From: an uncultured Thermotogaceae bacterium | GTDB taxonomy: Bacteria; Thermotogota; Thermotogae; MWEM01 | DNA length: 64,000 nt | NCBI GenBank assembly: GCA_964604305.1 | Contig: CAZRYM010000002.1 | Coordinates: forward strand, 15,639 to 79,638 | Direction: 5' to 3' | In this document: piece after piece, positions 37,570 through 47,663 of the stretch | How positions within the stretch are numbered: the stretch's first letter is position 1 | How the letters are laid out: each line of letters begins with the position of its first letter | Position numbers and translations under genes: made by a program | Notes under the pieces: generated by a model | Database searches by the model: none | What the model saw: the letters and a program-made list of their open reading frames with translations, nothing else | Told to the model about the DNA's origin: nothing

Positions 37570-39120
37570 ATGGAAGAAAATTGTATCCTTGAAATGAAAG
37601 ATATCTGGAAGATTTATCCTAACGGTGTTGTTGCGAACAAAGCAATGAATCTGAAGGTTAACAAGGGTGAAATACACGCGCTTCTTGGAGAAAATGGTGC
37701 CGGTAAATCGACCTTGATGAAGATTTTATTTGGTATCGAACAACCCACTAAAGGAGAGATTATCTATGAGGGTCAAAATGTGGATATTTCTTCGCCCGGC
37801 AAAGCGATTGAACTCGGAATAGGCATGGTTCATCAGCATTTTATGCTGGTTCCCTCCCTGACCGTTGCTGAGAATATTATCCTGGGGATGGAACCCAAGA
37901 AAGGACTCTCAATAGATATAGAACAGGCATATCATTTTGTTCAGCATCAATCAGATGTTTTTGGGCTTCCCGTCCCTTCAAAAGAAAAAGTTAAGGACAT
38001 ATCGGTGGGGATGAAGCAACGGGTCGAAATCATTAAAACTTTGGTCAGAGGGGCCAATCTCATCATACTTGACGAGCCAACTGCGGTCTTGACACCTCAA
38101 GAAATGGTTGATTTGTTCAAAGCTTTGAAGAATCTTACTGAAAAGGGGAAGACGATCATCTTCATCACCCATAACCTCAATGAGGTTAAAGAAATCGCCA
38201 ACAGAATTACGGTAACTAGAAGAGGTAGGGTGGTTGGAACAGCAGAAGTTAAGGATATTTCTGAAATAGAAATGTCAAAAATGATGGTTGGAAGAGATGT
38301 GGATATTAGAATTGATAAAGAACCTGCTAAAACAGGTGAAAAACTTATGGAAATTAACGATCTGGAGTTCACAAGGGCTGATGGAGTCAAATCACTTAAT
38401 GGAATTTCTTTTTCATTACGAGAAGGGGAAATCCTTGGAGTAGCAGGAGTTGAAGGTAATGGTCAGACTGAATTGGTACAAATCATTACCGGGATTATAC
38501 CAAGGGAAAGCGGGCGAATAAGGTTAAATGCTGTTGATCTTCCCGGTAAGACTAATCCGGGATTTTGCAGAAATGCGGGATTAAGTCATATTCCCTCTGA
38601 TAGAATGGAAAGGGGAGTTGCTTCTGATTCCACCATAGCAGAAAATATCATCAGTGATAGGTTTAAAAAACAACCCTTTTCGAACAAAGGCGTTCTTAGT
38701 TGGAGGGAAATTCATCGCTTTGGAGAAGAAATGGTCAAGGAATTTGATATTCGAACAGACAGCGCAAAGACTGAAATTAAAATGCTATCAGGTGGGAATA
38801 TTCAAAAAGTGGTTGTAGCAAGGGAGTTTACCGCCCATTCGAAGATCACCATTGCAGATCAGCCTACAAGAGGAATCGATATTGCAGCGGCGGATTTTAT
38901 CAGAAGAAGGCTTGTAAAGGAAAGAGAAAATAATCTTGGAGTTTTGCTTGTTTCGGCCGATCTCACCGAACTTTTAGAAGTGGCAGACAGAATCATCGTG
39001 TTGTATAAAGGGGAAACTGTTGCTCATTTTAAAGATATCAAAAAAATTAATGAAACCGTATTAGGGGAATATATGTTGGGAATCAAAAGAATGTCTAATG
39101 AAGAAATGGGTGATTTGTAA
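37570..39120 (+). CDS. ABC transporter ATP-binding protein with duplicated ABC domains (CUT2/BMP type)
   Basis: Walker A GENGAGKST; signature LSGGNIQK; second domain GVEGNGQTEL; 516 aa. Confidence 0.85.
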   Translation: MEENCILEMKDIWKIYPNGVVANKAMNLKVNKGEIHALLGENGAGKSTLMKILFGIEQPTKGEIIYEGQNVDISSPGKAIELGIGMVHQHFMLVPSLTVAENIILGMEPKKGLSIDIEQAYHFVQHQSDVFGLPVPSKEKVKDISVGMKQRVEIIKTLVRGANLIILDEPTAVLTPQEMVDLFKALKNLTEKGKTIIFITHNLNEVKEIANRITVTRRGRVVGTAEVKDISEIEMSKMMVGRDVDIRIDKEPAKTGEKLMEINDLEFTRADGVKSLNGISFSLREGEILGVAGVEGNGQTELVQIITGIIPRESGRIRLNAVDLPGKTNPGFCRNAGLSHIPSDRMERGVASDSTIAENIISDRFKKQPFSNKGVLSWREIHRFGEEMVKEFDIRTDSAKTEIKMLSGGNIQKVVVAREFTAHSKITIADQPTRGIDIAAADFIRRRLVKERENNLGVLLVSADLTELLEVADRIIVLYKGETVAHFKDIKKINETVLGEYMLGIKRMSNEEMGDL

Positions 39121-40280
39121 TGAAGGCTGACAAGCGCTTTACTTTATATAGAATCGGAATTTCTGTAGGAATTGCTCTGCTCATTGGATATATTATTGTA
39201 TTCGTTTCAAGTGTTCCTTCCACAAATATCTCTTTCTTGAAAAAAATGAAAGAGGCGTTTGACAGCGCAAACGAAGCGTATAAATACTTCCTTACCGGTG
39301 CGTTGGTTCGTTGGCGTTCTACCGGTGCCGCTTTTAATCAAAGCGGTTTTATTCAATGGATTAATGAGGCAGTCCCAATTATAATAACCGGTCTTGCTGT
39401 TTCTATGGTATTTACTGCAAAACAATTTAATATCGGTGCAGAAGGCCAGATGTTCCTTGGTGCAGCAGTTGCAACTGCTGTAGCGATTTATTTTCCGGGA
39501 ATCCCGTTTATCTCAACTTTGTTTGTCATCCTTACTGCGATGGCTGTTGGTGCCGGATTTGCATCTATTCCCGGTTATATGAAAGCCAGATTAAAAGCTT
39601 CGGAGCTTGTCACTTCACTTATGCTAAATTATGTTGCCTTTTTTATGGGATTGTTTATCATTAAAACCTTTCTGAGAGATACGGAAGCGGGGTCCCTTGT
39701 ATCCCTTCAGTTCCAGGAGCAGGCCATGCTGCCATTGTTAAACGAAAGGTACAGATGGCATATCGGAATCTTTTTTGCATTGGGGATGACCCTTCTTGTG
39801 TGGTTCATCATGAAAAAGACAACATGGGGGTACAAGGTCAAACTGATAGGTGATAACCTGAAATTTGCCGAATATTCCGGTATTAATTCATCGAAGATGA
39901 TTTTACAGGTTCAAGTGGCTGCAGGTGCTGTTGCAGGATCTGCAGGTATCGTCGAACTACTCGGTTATCACGGCCGTTTCTTATGGTTATATTCTCCGGG
40001 TTATGGTTGGGACGGTATCATAATTGCCACATTGGCAAGGAACAACCCTCTTTTTGTGCCACTGGCTGCATTATTTCTTTCTTATATTCGGGTGGGAGCA
40101 AAAATTATGGGAAGATACACCAGCATAGCTCCTGAAATTGTCGCAATTTTACAGGCTGTGATTATCTTATTGGTAACTGCCGAAGCGTTCTTGGCAAAAT
40201 GGAAACAGAGGTCCGTTAATAAAGAGGCCACAAAGAACGAGAACAGCATTACTGGAGTACAAGTAGGTGAGGCAAAATGA
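39120..40280 (+). CDS. ABC transporter permease (BMP system)
   Basis: Multi-TM; ATGA-type overlap with the ATPase gene. Confidence 0.8.
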   Translation: MKADKRFTLYRIGISVGIALLIGYIIVFVSSVPSTNISFLKKMKEAFDSANEAYKYFLTGALVRWRSTGAAFNQSGFIQWINEAVPIIITGLAVSMVFTAKQFNIGAEGQMFLGAAVATAVAIYFPGIPFISTLFVILTAMAVGAGFASIPGYMKARLKASELVTSLMLNYVAFFMGLFIIKTFLRDTEAGSLVSLQFQEQAMLPLLNERYRWHIGIFFALGMTLLVWFIMKKTTWGYKVKLIGDNLKFAEYSGINSSKMILQVQVAAGAVAGSAGIVELLGYHGRFLWLYSPGYGWDGIIIATLARNNPLFVPLAALFLSYIRVGAKIMGRYTSIAPEIVAILQAVIILLVTAEAFLAKWKQRSVNKEATKNENSITGVQVGEAK

Positions 40281-41230
40281 ATGAAATGCTTCAAGGTATA
40301 TTATCATGGGATTTTATTGCAGCAGGTATAAGAGTTACAACGCCGATTCTTCTTGCTGCGTTAGGTGCTTTAATAGCTGAATCTGCCGGCACACCAAACA
40401 TCGCCCTTGAAGGCATCATGCTGATCTCAGCCTTTATAGGGGTAATTGTCAGCGGATTTACAGGAAGTTTATGGCTCGCCATCATCTTTGGGGTAATCGT
40501 GGGAACGATGATGGCTGCAGTTTTGGCGTATTTTGCTTTAAAACTGAAGACAGATATTATTTTAGCGGCTATTGCGTTGAATATCTTCGCCAGTGGGGGA
40601 ACGATCTTTTTCCTTGCCATGCTCACCGGTGATAAAGGCTCATCAGCTTCGGTTAATTCATTGCTTATTCCCAATCTGACTATTCCGCTGATCGATAAGA
40701 TTCCCATACTTGGTGATATTCTCAGCGGACATCATTCCATTACTTATGTAGCAATTATTCTGATCTTCGTAGTTCAGTATATAATGTACAAGACACCGTT
40801 GGGTTTGAGAATCAGAGCAGTGGGAGAAAATCCGGATGCCGCAGAATCAGTAGGTATATCAGTAATTAAGACAAGATTTATTGCCTTAATGCTAAGTGGA
40901 TTTTTGGCCAGTTTAGGTGGTTTATTTCTTTCAATGGGTTACGTTTCATGGTTTGCCAGAGATATGACTGCGGGGCGAGGGTGGATAGCATTGGCTGCCC
41001 AAGCGCTGGGTGGATTAAATGCCTTTGGCGTAGCTGCCGGGTCTTTCCTTTTTGGATTTACTGAAGCTGCCTCCTACTCATTGCAAATATTTGATATTCC
41101 CTATGAATTCACACAATCACTGCCGTTTATCATTACGATTGTTGTGTTGGGGATTTACGCTTGGCGAAAAGTCAAGGCATCGGGAAAGCTGAATGTGTCA
41201 AATAGTTCAATCGGTCCTACTGAAAAATAA
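40277..41230 (+). CDS. ABC transporter permease (BMP system)
   Basis: Multi-TM; 4-bp overlap with the preceding permease gene. Confidence 0.8.
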   Translation: MNEMLQGILSWDFIAAGIRVTTPILLAALGALIAESAGTPNIALEGIMLISAFIGVIVSGFTGSLWLAIIFGVIVGTMMAAVLAYFALKLKTDIILAAIALNIFASGGTIFFLAMLTGDKGSSASVNSLLIPNLTIPLIDKIPILGDILSGHHSITYVAIILIFVVQYIMYKTPLGLRIRAVGENPDAAESVGISVIKTRFIALMLSGFLASLGGLFLSMGYVSWFARDMTAGRGWIALAAQALGGLNAFGVAAGSFLFGFTEAASYSLQIFDIPYEFTQSLPFIITIVVLGIYAWRKVKASGKLNVSNSSIGPTEK

Positions 41231-41256
41231 ACAACTGCTTAATGTAAAACATAAAG

Positions 41257-41293
41257 CCGGTTATTGAGAAGAAATCTAATAACCGGTTTTTTT
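41257..41293 (+). terminator. Terminator between convergent operons (CCGGTTATT-12 nt-AATAACCGG + U7)
   Basis: Perfect 9-bp stem, then TTTTTTT. Confidence 0.6.
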
Positions 41294-42440
41294 ATTCCTC
41301 TAAAGGAGTACATTTTCCGTAAATCGGTAATGATTTTACCGGTTGTGTCAATTCAAAGGTTCCTGCTTCAATTTGCTTTTTTAATATTTCAGTTATTTTA
41401 TATGCGTCACGAATCTTGGACATGGTCCTTGAAACCGGCTTCTTGCCTGATAATTGTATGTTGTTGTTGTGCAATTGATCATATGTTACCGTTCCAATCG
41501 TTTCTCCTGTTGCAAAATCGTGTACTTGCGTAATAATATCTTTATTTCTTATCGAAAGTGCATGGGCTATATCGGAGTTTAGGACCGGGATTGGGATACC
41601 GATTGAGATGTAAAGGCTCACACCGTACCCTTTGATATATAAGGGGGCGATAAACTCAGGTTTCACTTGTCGGAGATCGGCTGAGATGGCTAAAGTAGCT
41701 GAAGGAGCAATGGGTAAATGAGTTTTCTCGTCCCTCTTTGCATAAGCATTATACTGAGTGCCTTCCCAGCTGATAAATCCTTCTCCACCACAAAAAAAGA
41801 TTCGGGTTCCAATACCGATTGTTTGTAAATAGGGATCGTTCATCAAAGGAGATATGTCTCCGGCTCCTGCAAAATTAACACTGCCCACGTTTGGTAAAAG
41901 GCTGCCCATGTATGTTTTAAGTTCTATCTCTGATGAATTGCAAGCTGCATTGTAATTTTGGTAACAATTTCTGGGATTGAAAAAATACACTTGGTTTAAA
42001 TCATCAATTGTAATTTCCTTTGAAAAATGACTTTTTGGATAACAATCTGTAGAGGTTCCATCTGCTTTAAAAGAGATAGACTTGCCTTTAACCAGTTTAT
42101 CTATCACATGTGCACCACCATAAGTGCTATTGGAAACGCTTTCCTGAGTAGCACCCAGATAAAAGTCAGCACAAGCGATGCCACCATAAGCTTGAACATC
42201 ATCCAAAAAGACTTCTTGCATTTTCATATGAGGATTAGTGTGACCCGTGTTAATAAAAACACCTGATGAACACATGGGACTGTAGGTTGCTGTTGTGACA
42301 ACGTCGCATTTTTCTGCCAAACTCTTTGTCCCTTCTTCTTCAGCCAATTCCTTGGCTTGTGAAGCAGTGAGAATTAACGCCTTATTTTCTTTTATTTTTT
42401 TGTTGATTTCATCTATGCTTTTCATTAAAAAACTCCTCAT
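41292..42440 (-). CDS. COG1900/DUF39-like protein (methanogen-type homocysteine-biosynthesis, L-aspartate-semialdehyde sulfurtransferase-like family); tentative
   Basis: 382 aa; the N-terminus KSIDEINKKIKENKALILTASQAKEL resembles, from memory, the characteristic start of PF01837 proteins; 32-bp overlap with the upstream aspartokinase gene. Confidence 0.4.
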   Translation of the reverse strand: MRSFLMKSIDEINKKIKENKALILTASQAKELAEEEGTKSLAEKCDVVTTATYSPMCSSGVFINTGHTNPHMKMQEVFLDDVQAYGGIACADFYLGATQESVSNSTYGGAHVIDKLVKGKSISFKADGTSTDCYPKSHFSKEITIDDLNQVYFFNPRNCYQNYNAACNSSEIELKTYMGSLLPNVGSVNFAGAGDISPLMNDPYLQTIGIGTRIFFCGGEGFISWEGTQYNAYAKRDEKTHLPIAPSATLAISADLRQVKPEFIAPLYIKGYGVSLYISIGIPIPVLNSDIAHALSIRNKDIITQVHDFATGETIGTVTYDQLHNNNIQLSGKKPVSRTMSKIRDAYKITEILKKQIEAGTFELTQPVKSLPIYGKCTPLEE

Positions 42441-43785
42441 GAATGGATTTTATAGCATCATTTCTTTGTTGGGCATCTACAATAAAATAGCTTGCAACAT
42501 CTGATACTCCCATTGAAACAACCTTTGCATTTATCCCTTTACGAGATATGGCATTGAACAACTTTGCAGCAATTCCGTGGGTATCGTTCAACCCTTCACC
42601 AACTATCGCAATTAGAGAGATATCATCTTTTATCTCCACTTCGTTGACACCATGGACATCAAGATGCTGCAATAACTTGTAAGCCTTATAGAGATCGGAA
42701 GAGGAAAGTAGAATTGAAATAATGGTTTGAGAAGTTAGCACGGACTTGATGTTGATACCTTCTAATTTCATAGCATTTGTCACATCTGCCAGTATCCCGG
42801 GTTTAACTCCTACTCCAGGACCTTTTAGCTTTAGGATCCCAATATCATCTGTGTATGAACAACTTTTTACGATATAGCTGGTTTTGACTGATTTAGAAGA
42901 AATTATTGTTAAGGGTTTGATATGATCCAAATCACCATCTATATTGAAAAGGTTGAGGGGGATATTGTCCGGTTTTAAAGGTTCAAAAGCCCTTGGATGA
43001 ATGATTTCAGCTCCGAAATAGGATAGTTCTGCAGCCTCAAGATAAGTCATTCTTTTTATGTTCCTGGCGTTGGGAACGATTTTTGGATCTGCACTTAAAA
43101 AACCTTTCACATCTTTCCAAAGATCGATTGACTGAGCTTTAACACACCTGGCGATAGCAGCAGCTGAATAATCACTGCCTCCCCTGCCGAAAAGATTAAC
43201 TTTGCCCGATTCTGAAATTCCATAAAAACCGGGAACAATATAGATCAGGTTTTCTTTAAAAAAGGAAGCAACTTTGCATGAACACCTGTCAAAATCAACA
43301 CTGGCATTTCCAAACTCCCCATCTGTGAGTAACCCGATATCTTCAGGCGTGGCTTCTTTGCATATAATGTTCAACTGATTTAAAATTTTATATAGGGTAA
43401 AAGCAGAAAGTCTCTCGCCATAACTAAGAACCGTATCTCTGACGAAATCAGGAGCCTCGCCAATGTAGTGGATCCCTAAAAGAAATCTTTTTAATTCTTC
43501 TATACGTTTTTCCAGTTCAGAAAACGTAGACTGAAGATCTGAAGACTCCAGGAGATAATCCGAAAGGATTTCCTTATGTGCCTTTAAAAGTGTTTGCTGT
43601 AATTGGTCGATAGAATCAAAATTACGATGAACTTTTTCAACTGTGGTTAAAATGGTATCTGTCATACCATAAAGTGCTGAAATCACTATAATCAAAGGTT
43701 TGTCATAACTTCTGATAACTCTTACCAGCTTTGAAATATCTTCTCTTTTTTTTAGGTTGGATCCCCCAAATTTGACTACTTTCAT
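42409..43785 (-). CDS. lysC: Aspartate kinase
   Basis: MKVVKFGGSNL amino-acid-kinase N-terminus; C-terminal ACT domains; 458 aa. Confidence 0.8.
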   Translation of the reverse strand: MKVVKFGGSNLKKREDISKLVRVIRSYDKPLIIVISALYGMTDTILTTVEKVHRNFDSIDQLQQTLLKAHKEILSDYLLESSDLQSTFSELEKRIEELKRFLLGIHYIGEAPDFVRDTVLSYGERLSAFTLYKILNQLNIICKEATPEDIGLLTDGEFGNASVDFDRCSCKVASFFKENLIYIVPGFYGISESGKVNLFGRGGSDYSAAAIARCVKAQSIDLWKDVKGFLSADPKIVPNARNIKRMTYLEAAELSYFGAEIIHPRAFEPLKPDNIPLNLFNIDGDLDHIKPLTIISSKSVKTSYIVKSCSYTDDIGILKLKGPGVGVKPGILADVTNAMKLEGINIKSVLTSQTIISILLSSSDLYKAYKLLQHLDVHGVNEVEIKDDISLIAIVGEGLNDTHGIAAKLFNAISRKGINAKVVSMGVSDVASYFIVDAQQRNDAIKSIHEEFFNEKHR

Positions 43786-43918
43786 CGATTGCCTCCATTG
43801 TCAGATAAAATCTATAGTATCGCTTTCCTTAAATCATACTAACCAGTATCTTCAAATCAATAGTTTCAGCTTTAAATTTTTCAAGAGAAATTATACCATT
43901 TCAATCAACGGATACGTT

Positions 43919-46513
43919 TTACTCAACCCAGATGTATTTTCTCGTGTCTGTTGCCAGGAAAGGTCCGGAATGGGGTATAAAATCCAATATGGCTGCCGGC
44001 GGTAATCTCCCCGGTGCATATAATTTTACTTTTCCCTTTATTGACCCTTTCATATCACTTCCCACCAGGGTTATGGAATGGGAGTACATAGAATCTTTAT
44101 CGGATTGCTTCTGGGTATCCGGTAGAATAAACAATGAAGTATCCGGATACTTTTGATTAAAGATTTGTTCAATGTCCTTTATGGGGTGTCTTTCATATTG
44201 TAGAGTCGGTATGCCATAGAAGGTTTTTCCTTTGTCTTTTGCTTCTTTTTGAACCAAATAAATAGCCTCTTGGAAGGTTTGATAATCAGTGTTTAGAAGA
44301 TCTGAAATGGAAATATCTACAGCTGTTTCAAGCTCTTCTTTAAGCCATTGAGTTTGAAGCGCATACCAGGTTTGCAGATATTTCTGCGTATTTGGCCAAA
44401 AATCCAAAACATTTTTCTCTTTAGTCAAAGTGTTTAAAACCAGTTCAACATCAGATTCAATTCCGGCTGTGATTGCTACTAAAGACAGAATACCCGCTCT
44501 GATACTACCTATACCGGTTATTTCTGTTAAAAGAGAATAATAAGGATGGATTCCATATGAAAGAGAACGCATGATTCGTTGATATTCATTCTCTCCCAAA
44601 TCCGGCCAAAATCCTCTACCAGCACCCTGTCGGATGAAACTCAGCACCAATTGCATATCATTTGCAAGTGAAGATGTCCAGGCAGGAGGTCTTTGTCTCA
44701 TTGCTGTGGCAATATTGTCTTTATAACCCAGCCCTATTCTCATAGCAACAGTTCCCAAACCATATTGCATAATACCGGTATCCGGGAAATTACCGGAAAC
44801 TGTGGCGACATTCCACATTCCCGGAAAGATTGGCAAATAGGGCGGATAATGCGATGGTATGGTACCCGTTGTGGGAATTAAGACTGCTGTTGCTTCAAAT
44901 CTACTCCAAAAAGATGCCTGATCCGGTTCGCCATCATGAGTTTTTGGAATAACACTGAAAAATTGAGAGACCTTTTCAGGATTGAGCATATAAGAGGCAG
45001 TTAGCATTCCCAGGTTGGTAATGTTGTCTTCGTCAAGCATTTTTATTTCCCTTAATCGTTCATACGCCTTTTTTAACACTTTTTTCTTGTCTGAACTTTT
45101 ATAATGTGTATCCAATATTCTTACCGGATCTACTGACATGATTCCCAAGGCGGCCAATTCTATATCTCCAAGTTCTCGAGTAATGGATGCGTTGAAGTTT
45201 CTGGAATAACCTTGTGATACGACACCGAAGGATCTGTCAAGTGCGGTTTCCAGGTGTTCGTCCAGTCCTCGTTTGAGCTTTTCTTCTAAAAGTTCCTGAG
45301 TCCTGCTACCGCGACTACCTGTTGAATACATTACTCTTCCATATCCTCTGACTGTATGTCCCTTTCTGCCGGCCCTTCCTTCAAACTGAAGGATATCGAG
45401 AAAGGTAGGCCAAAGATTGTCTTCGTTGTAAGGAGAATATTTCACAAAAATAAGTATGTCGTCAGTTGGAGAATTAAAACCATAGGCAAGAGTCTGAGTA
45501 GAAACCAGTACTGTGAGAGGGTTTGAGGAATCCTTAAAACATTTCTCTATTTCGTGACGTTCATCAATTGGGATATCAGCATTGTGAAAAGCTGCAATTG
45601 CATTCTTGTCATAAGAGCGTTTGATGTATGGAACAGCATTGTTTAGAACTGGAATTCCCAATTCCTCAAAGCCTTCAAGCAGGTACCAACCACTTTTTTT
45701 TGAAGGAATGATGATCATGGTCTTTATGCCGTTCTTGATATTGTCTTCCAGAATTTGTGTATAAATCTGTTTTGCAATTTTTTTCCTGTTTTTTCTGGAA
45801 GGTGCCGAAATCTTAACAAATGATCGCTGTAAGGGTAAAGGTCTCCAATCACTTTCTATCAATAATGCAGCATCAATCCATTTTGCCATTTCCAATGCAT
45901 CAGGCATTGTTGCAGAGAGCAGGAAAAGAGTCTTTTTATCACCTATGGAATGAACAACACACTCTTCATAGACAATACCACGGGAATTTTGAACAAGCAT
46001 ATGTGCCTCGTCTATGATTACAAGCTCAGCTGCCTGCGTCCAAGATGAATTTGAGTGGCGTGAAGCAAGATAGGCTTCAGGAGTGGCGACGACAATATCA
46101 AAATTTTCCTTCACATCCATCTTGTTTTCACCTGTACGAAGATAGATTCGGAACTTCGTCTCTTTCAAATCCTGGTAGACCTGCCTTGCCAATGCCCTTG
46201 TGGGAGAAAGGTAAATCGTTCTTTTTACCTTTTGCCCTTCTTTCAGGTGTTTTTGCATGGCCATAAAAGCAACAACTGTTTTTCCGGATCCTGTAGGGGT
46301 AGCTATAACAGCATTCCCTCCATTGTAGTAATGGTGAAATGCCTGTTGAATAGGGTTAAACTCAAAAGGAGCAAGTTCTCCTAAAACTGTTTTACCATCC
46401 TCAGATTTTATAAGAGCGTCTTTTCCATTTATCATTACCAGATAATCCTGTCCATTTTGTTGCTCTTTACTGTTTTTATCCGAATTTTTCGCAATATAAA
46501 TACTATCCATCAT
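43919..46513 (-). CDS. Superfamily-2 DEAD/DEAH-box helicase (Ski2/Hel308-like core) with a divergent C-terminal extension of about 400 aa
   Basis: Motif I ATPTGSGKT; motif II IIDEAHM; SAT; QFEGRAGRKG motif VI; 864 aa. Confidence 0.75.
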   Translation of the reverse strand: MMDSIYIAKNSDKNSKEQQNGQDYLVMINGKDALIKSEDGKTVLGELAPFEFNPIQQAFHHYYNGGNAVIATPTGSGKTVVAFMAMQKHLKEGQKVKRTIYLSPTRALARQVYQDLKETKFRIYLRTGENKMDVKENFDIVVATPEAYLASRHSNSSWTQAAELVIIDEAHMLVQNSRGIVYEECVVHSIGDKKTLFLLSATMPDALEMAKWIDAALLIESDWRPLPLQRSFVKISAPSRKNRKKIAKQIYTQILEDNIKNGIKTMIIIPSKKSGWYLLEGFEELGIPVLNNAVPYIKRSYDKNAIAAFHNADIPIDERHEIEKCFKDSSNPLTVLVSTQTLAYGFNSPTDDILIFVKYSPYNEDNLWPTFLDILQFEGRAGRKGHTVRGYGRVMYSTGSRGSRTQELLEEKLKRGLDEHLETALDRSFGVVSQGYSRNFNASITRELGDIELAALGIMSVDPVRILDTHYKSSDKKKVLKKAYERLREIKMLDEDNITNLGMLTASYMLNPEKVSQFFSVIPKTHDGEPDQASFWSRFEATAVLIPTTGTIPSHYPPYLPIFPGMWNVATVSGNFPDTGIMQYGLGTVAMRIGLGYKDNIATAMRQRPPAWTSSLANDMQLVLSFIRQGAGRGFWPDLGENEYQRIMRSLSYGIHPYYSLLTEITGIGSIRAGILSLVAITAGIESDVELVLNTLTKEKNVLDFWPNTQKYLQTWYALQTQWLKEELETAVDISISDLLNTDYQTFQEAIYLVQKEAKDKGKTFYGIPTLQYERHPIKDIEQIFNQKYPDTSLFILPDTQKQSDKDSMYSHSITLVGSDMKGSIKGKVKLYAPGRLPPAAILDFIPHSGPFLATDTRKYIWVE

Positions 46514-46753
46514 TACCCCTTTTATTTCGTTTTGTTGATTTTAACACATCTTAAATTGATTCGGATGACTTACATTAAGGAAAATCAGAAAAAATCATAA
46601 GAATTAAACTTATTTGTATAGAAAACGAACAATAATCGTTTCTTGGGGATTTTTAGAGATACTCTGTTATTATGGATATGATTGAATTATAAGGACTTAT
46701 TCAAATCCATGCTTATGTTAACTGTAAAATCTTTTTCGTTGTATCGATAAAAC

Positions 46754-46782
46754 TTGAAAATGTTTTGTAATTATGTTAAAAT
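46754..46782 (+). promoter_or_regulatory. Sigma70-like promoter TTGAAA-17-TAAAAT upstream of the OmpR-family regulator
   Basis: TTGAAA 46754-46759, TAAAAT 46777-46782, 17-bp spacer; about 58 nt upstream of the ATG. Confidence 0.45.
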
Positions 46783-46839
46783 CTTAATTGAGCGTATACG
46801 GATATTATTTAATTGAAAAAATAAAAGGAGCTGAAGAGT

Positions 46840-47556
46840 ATGAAAAGAAAGATTTTGGTAGTAGACGATGAACCTTCCATAGTCGAACTTTTAAGTTATA
46901 ATCTGAAAAAAGACGGTTATGAAGTTTTGAAGGCATATAACGCTGAAGAAACGATGGAATATGCTGATAATGATGAAGATATTGATCTGTTTATCATCGA
47001 TGTAATGTTGCCTGATGTGGATGGTTTTGATTTAACCAGAAAACTCAGAGCGCATGAAAAACATCAGAACAAGCCCATCATTTTTTTGACTGCAAAAACA
47101 GAAGAATTTGACAAAATCTTGGGATTGGAACTGGGTGCGGATGATTACATCACGAAACCATTCAGTGTCAGAGAAGTGTTGGTTAGAATTAAGGCCATAT
47201 TTAGAAGAATTCAACGTTCTTTGGAACAGAAGGCTGAAAAACCGAAGCGAATAGCCGTTAAAGATTTGGAAATTGATCTGGAAAGATATGAGATTTTAGT
47301 ACGAGGAGAAGCTAAAAATCTTACTCCTTTGGAGTTTGAACTTCTGAGATTTTTGGCTGAAAACGAAGGTAAGGTTTTCAGTAGAGATGTTCTCCTTGAC
47401 AGTCTTTGGGGTTATGATTATTATGGGGATACAAGAACAGTGGATGTTCATATCAGAAGGCTAAGAACTAAAATAGAAGAAGATCCTTCCAACCCACAAT
47501 ACATCATGACTGTTAGAGGAAAGGGTTATAAATTTAAGAACCCCGGGGGAGAATAA
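46840..47556 (+). CDS. OmpR/PhoB-family response regulator (receiver + winged-helix); orphan
   Basis: ILVVDDEPSIVELL...IIDVMLPDVDGF...YITKPFS; trans_reg_C LTPLEFELLRFL...TVDVHIRRLRTKIE. Confidence 0.85.
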   Translation: MKRKILVVDDEPSIVELLSYNLKKDGYEVLKAYNAEETMEYADNDEDIDLFIIDVMLPDVDGFDLTRKLRAHEKHQNKPIIFLTAKTEEFDKILGLELGADDYITKPFSVREVLVRIKAIFRRIQRSLEQKAEKPKRIAVKDLEIDLERYEILVRGEAKNLTPLEFELLRFLAENEGKVFSRDVLLDSLWGYDYYGDTRTVDVHIRRLRTKIEEDPSNPQYIMTVRGKGYKFKNPGGE

Positions 47557-47617
47557 TAAGATTTTCTCTTAATGATTTTAAGAAATATTCTTGTTGAAAG
47601 ACTATGAATGATACGAT

Positions 47618-47650
47618 GGGGATACATGATTTTTATGTATCCCCTTTTTT
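47618..47650 (+). terminator. Rho-independent terminator (GGGGATACAT-gauuuuu-ATGTATCCCC + U6)
   Basis: Perfect 10-bp stem followed by TTTTTT. Confidence 0.7.
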
Positions 47651-47663
47651 GAGGTGATAATCC

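Noticed and set aside
40291-40707. 138-aa minus-strand ORF
   Set aside because: Antisense within the ABC permease gene; no RBS; typical spurious shadow ORF.
41264-41533. 89-aa plus-strand ORF
   Set aside because: Starts inside the terminator and runs antisense through the 3' end of the DUF39-like gene; hydrophobic junk translation.
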